64,000 nucleotides of DNA. Origin: an uncultured bacterium. Its GTDB lineage: Bacteria > Fidelibacterota > UBA2242 > JAFGTP01. The DNA lies in the NCBI GenBank assembly GCA_964498725.1, contig CAZCHS010000002.1:513-64512 (forward strand), given 5' to 3'. The position numbers and the translations under genes are program-made. The notes beneath the pieces were generated by a model, which saw nothing but the letters and a program-made list of their open reading frames with translations, was not told the DNA's origin and made no database searches. Every line of letters starts with the position of its first letter. Position 1 is the stretch's first letter. Shown here piece after piece: positions 9,916 to 17,992 of this stretch.

Positions 9916-10059
9916 GTCGACAAAGCCAACTATCTTATAAGTAATTTTTATACAGCCGGTGATTTTTTGCTACTTTTTTCCTTGGAGATAAAAGAAAAAA
10001 TGGCAAAAAAACACAGAGTACCTGTCAGTTTTAAGATTTAAAATAAATTCATTTTTTTC

Positions 10060-10089
10060 TTGCTTTCAATCCGAAAAAAAGAGTATATT
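10060..10089 (+). promoter_or_regulatory. Candidate sigma70-type promoter for the tRNA-Ser pair
   Basis: TTGCTT (10060-10065), an 18-nt spacer, then TATATT (10084-10089), about 20 nt upstream of the first tRNA. Pattern match only. Confidence 0.3.
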
Positions 10090-10108
10090 TCGCCCGCTAT
10101 TTGTTAAC

Positions 10109-10192
10109 GGAGGTGTAGTCCTAATTGGTAAGGCAGCGGTCTTGAAAACCGCCGGGTTTGCGCCCTTGGGGGTTCGAGTCCCTCCACCTCCG
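10109..10192 (+). tRNA. tRNA-Ser (anticodon UGA)
   Basis: Acceptor stem GGAGGTG/CACCTCC. 3-bp D stem GTC/GGC. Anticodon stem GCGGT/ACCGC with loop CT-TGA-AA. Long variable arm. T arm GGGGG-TTCGAGT-CCCTC. Discriminator G. No encoded CCA. Confidence 0.9.
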
Positions 10193-10213
10193 CTTTGGAA
10201 AGAAACTTTCCTG

Positions 10214-10304
10214 GGAGAGTTGGCCGAGTCGGCTGAAGGCGCTCGCCTGCTAAGCGAGTATACCGTTAGTAACGGTATCGCGAGTTCGAATCTCGCACTC
10301 TCCG
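10214..10304 (+). tRNA. tRNA-Ser (anticodon GCU)
   Basis: Acceptor stem GGAGAGT/ACTCTCC. Anticodon stem CTCGC/GCGAG with loop CT-GCT-AA. Long variable arm (ACCGTTAGTAACGGT hairpin). T arm GCGAG-TTCGAAT-CTCGC. Discriminator G. Confidence 0.9.
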
Positions 10305-10310
10305 CAAATA

Positions 10311-10338
10311 AAAATCCGGTTTTTACACCGGATTTTTT
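10311..10338 (+). terminator. Rho-independent terminator after the tRNA pair
   Basis: AAAATCCGGT / loop TTTTAC / ACCGGATTTT followed by a T run. It overlaps the last codons of the convergent minus-strand gene. Confidence 0.75.
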
Positions 10339-11453
10339 AGTTTGTAAGCAGTTTTTAATTTTTTGGATAATTGTTTTCTCATGGCGGGAGTAATTGAAGT
10401 ATCCGTATAGGATTGGCGTAAAATTTCTTTATCCTCTAACAATCTAAATAAATCCTCACGTTTTGAAGTCAGAACATGCCCCAGGGCTTCCTTGATGGCA
10501 AAACCCAGTATCATTCGCTTTTTTTTCGCAGCAAAATATATTTTTGGACGATTATACAGTTTTGGAAAAACAACCACCAGGTATTTTTTCTTTTTGGGAT
10601 AATATTTTACCATGAGATTAAAGCGGGCTTCGGATTCCTCTTGACCAAACACCTTAATGACTTTATTGAAATCGGGAATGTTTTCAAGATTGTGAATATA
10701 TGTTTTATCAAGTTCTTCCAAGATGGACAGCATGTGTTGCATAAATATTTCAGCCTCATCTCTGGATGAGGTAAAACAGGCATAAGTGACAGGAGGAAAG
10801 GAAGGGATATGGAAAATATGGGTTTCTTTGGATTGGTGAATACAATTGATGTTAGAACGCTCTGTAGGTTTTTTCTCAATAATTTGATTGATAGAATTTT
10901 CCAGCGGTAGCCGGTCTCGGATACCGGCCTGAAAATGAAAATGGGGACATGTGGCCCCGGCTAAAGGGCCGTTAAAATAGATGGCGTAATCGGTTAATTT
11001 TGACGCCAGAGTCAACATATCCGGGAATTTATTACCCAGAATTTGTAAGTCATGGTTTACTGTTGGAATTGTCAGGTCGCCGGGAATTGTAATGCCGGGG
11101 TTGAGAATGATCATATATTTTCCGTCTATAGCCCGAATCCCTTTTTGTCCGGGTAACAGATCACAAAGCATACATTTATGATTATTAGTTTTGTCGGTGA
11201 ATGTATTGGCGCGGACATTCTTTGTGCGGGTAGGATTAAAGAATATTCGATAAGTAATATTGTTGATCTTGATATAAGCAAAACTGGAATTCATGTATTG
11301 CTTCATGTTTTTAATAAGCATTGGAAAACCGGAAACAGGGGTGAGCTGATGATCAATCAGGGCTTTGACCTTTTCCTGAAGAGTCAGGCGGTGACCGCTT
11401 TTCAGATAGGGCGCTATTTCATATTTTGTAATTTCAACATTTTCAATTTTCAT
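10323..11453 (-). CDS. GalT-branch HIT-superfamily nucleotidyltransferase/phosphorylase-like protein (DUF4922-like)
   Basis: 'HKCMLCDL' CxxC knuckle, plus 'GATCPHFHFQAG' (the HxHxQ nucleotidyl-histidine motif of the GalT / GDP-hexose phosphorylase branch). Confidence 0.55.
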   Translation of the reverse strand: MKIENVEITKYEIAPYLKSGHRLTLQEKVKALIDHQLTPVSGFPMLIKNMKQYMNSSFAYIKINNITYRIFFNPTRTKNVRANTFTDKTNNHKCMLCDLLPGQKGIRAIDGKYMIILNPGITIPGDLTIPTVNHDLQILGNKFPDMLTLASKLTDYAIYFNGPLAGATCPHFHFQAGIRDRLPLENSINQIIEKKPTERSNINCIHQSKETHIFHIPSFPPVTYACFTSSRDEAEIFMQHMLSILEELDKTYIHNLENIPDFNKVIKVFGQEESEARFNLMVKYYPKKKKYLVVVFPKLYNRPKIYFAAKKKRMILGFAIKEALGHVLTSKREDLFRLLEDKEILRQSYTDTSITPAMRKQLSKKLKTAYKLKNPV

Positions 11454-11525
11454 AGATTCTATGTATTTTTTCGATTAATAGGTTATAATGGAATAAATGC
11501 TAAGTATAAAAAAGCAAAATATCAA

Positions 11526-12347
11526 ATGAATAAATCAACAATAAAAATCGTTTTTACTGATCTTGATGGTACGCTGCTTAATTCTAATCAAGTAATCAGC
11601 CGGGCTGACCTGGAAATGCTGCATCAGTTAAAAGACAAAAATATTGTCAGAGTAATCGCCACCGGCCGGAATCTGTATTCTTTAAACAGAGCCCTTGCAT
11701 CAGACTTTCCTGTGGATTATGTGATTTTTTCCTCCGGCGCCGGCATCATGGACTGGAAAACCAAACATTTGATTCACAGCTGCAATTTGACCCGTGATCA
11801 GATCAACAGTGTGTCCGCTTTGCTGATGCGTGAAAAGATAAATTTTATGCTCCACCGCAAAGTGCCTGACAATCATCAGTTTTATTATTTTCATCATGAT
11901 GAGATGATGGAAGATTTTCAGCGCCGGTTAAATCTCTATTTGGACCATGGGAACCGCATGCATGTTGTGCATCCCGATTTAAATCTGGCCTCTCAGTTCT
12001 TAGCCATTTTTGATGATTTGGAAAAGTTTGAGGCCATACGCAGTCAATTGGAAAATGTTAAAGTAATTCGCACCACTTCGCCCCTTGACCATCAGTCAAT
12101 CTGGATGGAGATTTTTCATCCCAGGGTATCTAAAAAATCCGGTTGCCGTTGGGTCTGTGACCACTTGGGAATAGAACAGCGCAATACAATCAGTTTTGGC
12201 AATGATTACAATGATCTCGACATGCTGGAATGGACAGCACAAAGTTATGTGGTGGCCAACAGTCCGCCGCCCTTGCGGGATAAATTTCATACCACTACCA
12301 GCAACAATAAAAATGGCTTCTCAAAAATATTGCAGGATTTGGTTTAA
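11526..12347 (+). CDS. Cof-type HAD-IIB sugar phosphatase
   Basis: Motif I 'IVFTDLDGTLL', motif III/IV 'FGNDYNDLDML'. The track ORF (11178) extends upstream over the divergent gene; the ATG at 11526 is in frame and gives a standard HAD N-terminus. Confidence 0.8.
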   Translation: MNKSTIKIVFTDLDGTLLNSNQVISRADLEMLHQLKDKNIVRVIATGRNLYSLNRALASDFPVDYVIFSSGAGIMDWKTKHLIHSCNLTRDQINSVSALLMREKINFMLHRKVPDNHQFYYFHHDEMMEDFQRRLNLYLDHGNRMHVVHPDLNLASQFLAIFDDLEKFEAIRSQLENVKVIRTTSPLDHQSIWMEIFHPRVSKKSGCRWVCDHLGIEQRNTISFGNDYNDLDMLEWTAQSYVVANSPPPLRDKFHTTTSNNKNGFSKILQDLV

Positions 12348-12407
12348 AAATCAAACATACTTATATTATAGGAATTCGTTGGTAAGAACAATTTGAAGGG
12401 AGAAAAA

Positions 12408-13001
12408 TTGAGAAAAAATTTATTCATCATTATGATGATTGCGGTAATGTTGGTTTTTGCCTGTAGCAATCAAACTGACCAAAAGGAAACAGCGGATACA
12501 CCGCATTCACAGACTCAAGATCATGATGCCCATGAAATTGACAACCATAACCATGCTGACCATACAGATTGCGGCCAAACTCATGACGGATGTGGCGGTT
12601 GTGAAAACAATGCTGAAGTCAAAAAGAATTTTGAAGAAATCGAATGGGGGAATGACATTGATACCGCGCTGGAGAAAGCCGCTGAAACCAATGAAATTTT
12701 GATGGTTGATTTCATGGCTACCTGGTGTCCGCCCTGCCAGGCAATGGATGAGAAAACCTTTCCCAATCACAATATCATTCACAAAGCGGAACATTTTATT
12801 CCTGTAAGAATCGATGTGGACAAGCAACAGGATGTCGCCAATCAATACAATGGCAATGCCGGCAAATACGGCGGTATTGGTATTCCGAATATTCTGTTTA
12901 TGGATAAGGATAAAAATGTCATTCGTCATATTGTCGGATTTCATAGCGCGGAAAAACTGGCCAGTGTCATGGACTCGGTTTTGACCGGGAAATACGAATA
13001 G
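12408..13001 (+). CDS. Thioredoxin-fold lipoprotein with a His/Asp/Cys-rich N-terminal linker
   Basis: Lipobox 'LVFAC'. 'WCPPCQ' CxxC active site. 'HSQTQDHDAHEIDNHNHADHTDCGQTHDGCGGCENN' tract. The TTG at 12408 follows AAGGGAG; the alternative in-frame TTG at 12393 is the track start. Confidence 0.7.
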   Translation: MRKNLFIIMMIAVMLVFACSNQTDQKETADTPHSQTQDHDAHEIDNHNHADHTDCGQTHDGCGGCENNAEVKKNFEEIEWGNDIDTALEKAAETNEILMVDFMATWCPPCQAMDEKTFPNHNIIHKAEHFIPVRIDVDKQQDVANQYNGNAGKYGGIGIPNILFMDKDKNVIRHIVGFHSAEKLASVMDSVLTGKYE

Positions 13002-13026
13002 AACAGGTCATAAATTTTAATCTAAG

Positions 13027-13058
13027 CACCGGTGTGTGATCATGCCGGTGTTTTTTTT
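13027..13058 (+). terminator. Rho-independent terminator
   Basis: CACCGG / 12-nt loop / CCGGTG followed by T8. It overlaps the stop codon of the convergent MFS gene. Confidence 0.6.
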
Positions 13059-14194
13059 AGTTTCAAGAGTAGCAGACTACTGATTCCCAGGGCCACCAAA
13101 CCAACCACAAACCAGACCATGAAGGCCAATTTAACCGTATATCGGTCAGCTGTCAGTCCCACCAGCGGACGTGAAAAGATCATGATGATGCTGGCGACTA
13201 AATTAACCAGTGAAATCACTGAGGCGCGAATATCATTGGTCAGGTTGTTATTCAGAATAATATTCAGTACCGGCTCACACAAAAAGAAAGCAAACCTGAG
13301 CAATACAATTCCAAAAATAATCAGTGCAATTGTACTGCTGAAAGCGGTGATACCGACGGCAATAACCTGCATTATTATACCCAGAATGATCAATGTGATA
13401 TTACCGATCCTGCCGGCAATCTTTCCGGTTATAAAACCACTGAGAATGCCCATGCCGGTAAAGAGCGCAAAAATGACCCCGAAGGATTCTGTTCCGAGGC
13501 CAATTGATTTGAGCAAAGGTTGGTAAAGCAGGGTCGGGGTCCAGTGAAATGCTGTCCAGATAGCCAATAGAAAAATTGTTGCCAGTAATGTCCGTTCCTT
13601 TTTTGCCAGTACCAGGAAAGCGCGCCAGATTTCTTTTAGTGAATTTGGTGCATTACTGACCTTTGGCCGGGGAATTCCAGGGAGGGTCAGAATTAATAAA
13701 GCCGCCAAACCGGCGAAACAGCAATTAATGATAATCGGCAGCGCCGGTTTGATATTATAGAGAAAACCGGCGGAAGAATGGGAAATCACCAGGGATAGGG
13801 CGGCAATGGAATTAAAGAGCCCGAATAACCGCACATTACTCTTCGCCTTGTTTCTGGTAGCCAGTAATTCATACCGGTAAGCAGTATTTGTCCCGGATAG
13901 CATACTGAGAAAAAAGGCCCACATGATCCAGCAAAGCGCCAGGGTGAGGAAATTGTTGGTAACCAAAAGCAGCAGATAGGTGATCACCCCGAGTACAGCG
14001 CCGGAAAAATAAGTGGATTTACGGCCGATTTTATCGCCCAATACACCCAAGGGAAATTCCATAATTACAATGGAACCGCGAAAGATCATGTCGGCAAATA
14101 CGATTTGCTGAAGTGTGAAGTCTTTTTCCAGCAAAAATATGACCCAGATAGGAAACCAAAACTGGGATTCCAGCAGAAAGTGGATAACTCCCAT
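13040..14194 (-). CDS. MFS transporter
   Basis: About 10-12 hydrophobic helices. MFS loop 2-3 motif 'GVLGDKIGRKS'. Confidence 0.8.
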   Translation of the reverse strand: MGVIHFLLESQFWFPIWVIFLLEKDFTLQQIVFADMIFRGSIVIMEFPLGVLGDKIGRKSTYFSGAVLGVITYLLLLVTNNFLTLALCWIMWAFFLSMLSGTNTAYRYELLATRNKAKSNVRLFGLFNSIAALSLVISHSSAGFLYNIKPALPIIINCCFAGLAALLILTLPGIPRPKVSNAPNSLKEIWRAFLVLAKKERTLLATIFLLAIWTAFHWTPTLLYQPLLKSIGLGTESFGVIFALFTGMGILSGFITGKIAGRIGNITLIILGIIMQVIAVGITAFSSTIALIIFGIVLLRFAFFLCEPVLNIILNNNLTNDIRASVISLVNLVASIIMIFSRPLVGLTADRYTVKLAFMVWFVVGLVALGISSLLLLKLKKTPA

Positions 14195-14227
14195 TTTCCG
14201 CAGATTTGTTGTGCGGACCGGAATGGG

Positions 14228-15670
14228 TTAATCCTCCAGTTTTTCCATGGCTGTTGTGACCCGGAAAAAGAAAAGAAAGATACCGATCACCAGGATTGGT
14301 GTCAATACAATGACGACAAATTTCCCGCCGATCAAAAAGGGTTTTAAGTTCGGCAGCATATCCAGAGTCGCATCCAGAAAACCGATGGAGTCCGCTGCCC
14401 AGCTGAACAATGTCAATAAAGCTAAAATTGACAGCAAAATATTTAACCGGTCGGACATTTTGTTGCGTTTTTGTTCAAGGCTTTCTTTGAGTCTTGCTTC
14501 GCCTTGCTCATGGAGATGGGCCAAAGCATCCTTTTTACTGTCAAAATAGTTGATCATGTCATTGATCCGCCAACTTTTTGCTGTTTCCTGGTAGAGGTAA
14601 TGGGAAAGGGGGGAGAGCATTTTCAGATAATCCATCTGGTAGGAAAAGATCAATTCACTTTCCACTGTCAGTTTTTCAATTTCATTCATTGAAGCGATAA
14701 TATCATTTTTGGAGAATTTTTTCATGCGGGTATATTTTTCCAGAAATTTCATAACCAGGTCATTGAGAATCTGGGCGGACCGCCAGTAAAATTGTAATTG
14801 AGTCAGTGTGGAAGCCAGTTTTTCCTTTTCTTCATGGGAAATGCCGACTGCCAGTGACATTCCCCAGCCAAGATGAATAAATCCCTTTGAGAGGCTATTC
14901 ATATCAATTAATCCGTCGGGATGACTGACGATTAAAATGTTATGGGTGTTTTTACCGAAGGGTAACATGCCTTCATATTCAAAATCAAAGATAGCGACGG
15001 AATGGCCCCAAAGTGGAAATCCCGATTGTTCATGAGGATAAAGTTCCGAGATGTCGATGATTTTTTCTGCATCCACAACTTTTGGAACAGCAGTTCTGGC
15101 GCTCTGTAAAACTTGTTGGTCACATTCTGCCACGGTTTTTAACAATCCCTCTGACAGAACAAAAGAGTCTCTGAGTTTTTGCATAAATTGTTTGTATTCA
15201 TTGCCCTCGGTGGAGATATTTTTTTTGAGTTTTAAGTCCACGAAACAACTAAATGTCCCAATTCCATTTTCCTGAAAATTAATGGTAAGGGATTCGATTT
15301 TTGGTTCTTCCGCCAAATAATCAGCAACAGCGGCATAAAGTGTTTTGTCCGGAGTGATGGTTTTGATGATTTTTGCAGAAAAAATAGCACAGTCCCGGTG
15401 AGTAACGCCCTGAGGATTATCAAAGAGAAGCTGATTTGTATTGGTATTGCCATTTTCATCGATCCAGTCCTGAAGTGCCTTTTCATTATCCTGATACCGC
15501 TGAATATAATATTTTTTCTGTGCTGAATTATACTTCTGCAAATTCCTGAAAACCTTTCGCCTGAAATCTTCATAGGTATTGCTCAACAGGGAATAATCCA
15601 TTTTTAAACTGGTGTTAAAAGGACCGCAAATTAAGAGTTTAAAGGTGTTGGGGATCTCGTTCATCATCAT
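14228..15670 (-). CDS. Hypothetical protein: large soluble domain, coiled coil and C-terminal two-TM hairpin (CorA-like topology, no GMN)
   Basis: No family motif recognised. The last ~70 aa form two hydrophobic helices ('LNILLSILALLTLFSWAA', 'FVVIVLTPILVIGIFLFFF'), preceded by a charged helix 'EARLKESLEQKRNKMSDR'. Confidence 0.5.
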   Translation of the reverse strand: MMMNEIPNTFKLLICGPFNTSLKMDYSLLSNTYEDFRRKVFRNLQKYNSAQKKYYIQRYQDNEKALQDWIDENGNTNTNQLLFDNPQGVTHRDCAIFSAKIIKTITPDKTLYAAVADYLAEEPKIESLTINFQENGIGTFSCFVDLKLKKNISTEGNEYKQFMQKLRDSFVLSEGLLKTVAECDQQVLQSARTAVPKVVDAEKIIDISELYPHEQSGFPLWGHSVAIFDFEYEGMLPFGKNTHNILIVSHPDGLIDMNSLSKGFIHLGWGMSLAVGISHEEKEKLASTLTQLQFYWRSAQILNDLVMKFLEKYTRMKKFSKNDIIASMNEIEKLTVESELIFSYQMDYLKMLSPLSHYLYQETAKSWRINDMINYFDSKKDALAHLHEQGEARLKESLEQKRNKMSDRLNILLSILALLTLFSWAADSIGFLDATLDMLPNLKPFLIGGKFVVIVLTPILVIGIFLFFFRVTTAMEKLED

Positions 15671-15703
15671 ACATCTCCGGAATTTTCTGATTTTTTAATA
15701 AAA

Positions 15704-17827
15704 TTAAGTGTTTCTAATAATATTATGAATTGATAAAAATAGCAACATTATTTCTATAGAAATTAAAGCCGGTAAAAATCCCCACACTGGAATTATTATA
15801 ATCGAAATTAAATACAGACCCACACTTCCACCCAGGATATCATAAGCATACATTTTTCCTGTTCCCGCTATCAGTTCGTTTTTTTTGTACTGTTTCATTA
15901 ATAATGGAAAAACCTGTCCGCTGATAAAACCGGTAACCAGGATAGAGACATTGATAATAAAAACCAGCTGATTAAAAAAAATGATGGAAATAGCAGTTAG
16001 ATTGACCAGGTTGGCCAGCAGAAATATGTGCTTCAGTTTGAGACTAAATTTATTATAAAGAAGCGAGCTGATACCGGCGCCTGTCATAAATAAAAAAATT
16101 ATTAGCGCAGTTCGCAAATATACTGATCCTGCAATGGACTGATAAAGCAGGATCAGAATTGATTCCTGGCTCATTACAAAAAATCCAAAAAAGATCATAT
16201 TAAATTTAGAACGTTTTTTTGTATTCCTGATGAAAAATACCGGGAGTGTGATTATGATAATAAAAAGATAGAGGGCAAAGACCGGAATTTTTGATAATTT
16301 CCTGTAAATTTTGCTAATAAATCCTTTGGTTTGCAAATCCTGCAACAGGGCAGAATAGAAATATCCCGTGGGTTTAAACAGTGAATTTATCTCTTCAGTG
16401 GGATTTTTTTCCAAATTATTGTTTAGGAAGTCTGTTTTAAATAGAGTTAGCCTGTCACTCAAATAGTAGGAATTGATATAATGGGTTGTATCCGGTATGA
16501 CGGAAAAATCTGCAATATCATAATATTTGTAATTATTGGTGCCGATAAAATGGATTGTTCCTCCCGGTATTACCAAAATTTCCGAAAAGGTTTTTTTGAC
16601 CGTATTTTTAATCGTATTCAGGAGCTTTGCCCTGTCCGGTGGAAGAAAGGTTTCACTGCCGTTTATTCGTAAATCCACCAGTGAATTAGGTGTCATAATC
16701 CGGGAGAGTATTTGCAGAAATTCCGTTGTATAATACCGGTTGAATTTAAGATTGGTAGGTTCCGGGATATTTAATAAAATAACATCAAAATTTTCATTGA
16801 TACTTTTGATTTTTTTGTAAGGATCGCTGAAAATATGATTGAGTGTAAAGGAAAAATCGAAATCAGGATGTTGAGCAAAGACCTTTTTATGCATATCTTC
16901 GTTGCTGCTGATATGGGTCACCCGCTCGATTGTTTTATATTTGGCGATTTCCCTCAGCATTAAAGGATTGGTTGGCCCAATGATCAGCAGGTTTTCGGGA
17001 CTCCGGTGGATAGAACAGGCAAAATGCACAATTTCTTCATTGACAGAGAGGTTTTCATTGCTATGAATAAAAATATTATCCACGTATAAGGTCTTGTCCT
17101 TTTTGTGCTGTAATTCCGTAATGATGCCGGTAGGTGTCTCCACTTTGCTTGTCAATTGAAATTTTTCATAATAAATTTTTGATAATTTATCTTCCAACAA
17201 AAGAGTGATCCCTAAAAAAATAATCAGAATCGCGGATAGCAGTGGATATCTTTTTTTGTGAAGCAAGATGCTGAAACCGGGCACTGCCAAAATTGCCACG
17301 ACAATGAAATATTCATAGGTACTGCCTGTATATTTCAGGCAGAGGGCAAATAACAGGCTTCCCAGCGCCGCTCCGATTAATTCACAGCCATAGATATGAT
17401 TGATGCGCACTTTTGTATATTGCTCAAAAATAGACGCTGTAATGGCCGGGAACATAAACCCGTTTATAAAAACGGGCAGGGCCAGGAAAAGTAACGAAAC
17501 GAAAAATACAGTATCATTACTAAGGATGACAAAATTATCGATACCGATAATTTGTCGTAAATAATAGAGAAGCCAGTAAAAAAGAATTGAGAACACTATG
17601 TATAAAAGAGCAATGATAAATGGATTAAAGGATATTTTATGTTGATATTTACCATAGGTATAACTGCCCAGTGCCGTAAATATCAGCCAATGTCCCAAAA
17701 CAATACTGATAGAAATCTCATTGCCGGAAAAGACAAAACTGATAATTTTAATAAAACTAAGTTGAACCGTGACTGATAATACGCCGTAAATGAATATTGG
17801 ATAAAATTGTTTTTTGAAAAAGGTCAT
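15704..17827 (-). CDS. Polytopic membrane protein with a central spermidine-synthase-like (class I MTase fold) domain; motifs degenerate
   Basis: N-terminal and C-terminal TM bundles flank 'NLLIIGPTNPLMLREIAKY...VTHISSNEDM...FDVILLNIPEPTN'. This has a SpeE-like strand pattern, but the GGGDG and DxxDP acidic residues are not conserved. Confidence 0.5.
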   Translation of the reverse strand: MTFFKKQFYPIFIYGVLSVTVQLSFIKIISFVFSGNEISISIVLGHWLIFTALGSYTYGKYQHKISFNPFIIALLYIVFSILFYWLLYYLRQIIGIDNFVILSNDTVFFVSLLFLALPVFINGFMFPAITASIFEQYTKVRINHIYGCELIGAALGSLLFALCLKYTGSTYEYFIVVAILAVPGFSILLHKKRYPLLSAILIIFLGITLLLEDKLSKIYYEKFQLTSKVETPTGIITELQHKKDKTLYVDNIFIHSNENLSVNEEIVHFACSIHRSPENLLIIGPTNPLMLREIAKYKTIERVTHISSNEDMHKKVFAQHPDFDFSFTLNHIFSDPYKKIKSINENFDVILLNIPEPTNLKFNRYYTTEFLQILSRIMTPNSLVDLRINGSETFLPPDRAKLLNTIKNTVKKTFSEILVIPGGTIHFIGTNNYKYYDIADFSVIPDTTHYINSYYLSDRLTLFKTDFLNNNLEKNPTEEINSLFKPTGYFYSALLQDLQTKGFISKIYRKLSKIPVFALYLFIIIITLPVFFIRNTKKRSKFNMIFFGFFVMSQESILILLYQSIAGSVYLRTALIIFLFMTGAGISSLLYNKFSLKLKHIFLLANLVNLTAISIIFFNQLVFIINVSILVTGFISGQVFPLLMKQYKKNELIAGTGKMYAYDILGGSVGLYLISIIIIPVWGFLPALISIEIMLLFLSIHNIIRNT

Positions 17828-17992
17828 TGTTAAGATTTCATTAATTATAAATCAACAATGGTAATATATGAAAAAGTTTTTATAATTTTACCCTGTAACA
17901 GAAAAAAATAATGGGTTGCAAAAGAAAAAAATCCTGAATAAGTTTAGTTAGTTAGAAAAAAAATGAAATATTAAGAAGGAAATTAAAAAATA

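Noticed and set aside
10109-10192. First tRNA as a tRNA-Sec or opal suppressor, because TGA appears in the anticodon loop
   Set aside because: With the 5-bp stem GCGGT/ACCGC, the 7-nt loop is CTTGAAA. The anticodon is therefore UGA (reads UCA, Ser), not UCA. The acceptor and T arms have the normal 7/5 geometry.
10142-10393. 83-aa plus-strand ORF in the track
   Set aside because: It lies across both tRNA-Ser genes and the terminator, so it is spurious.
11178-11525. Upstream 116 codons of the track ORF 11178..12347
   Set aside because: This stretch is antisense to the well-supported minus-strand gene and crosses the intergenic promoter region. The HAD motif I sits right after the internal ATG at 11526.
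14228-15670. Annotating the 480-aa protein as a CorA magnesium transporter
   Set aside because: Only the topology resembles CorA. The GMN signature is absent and I see no soluble-domain similarity. It is kept as hypothetical.
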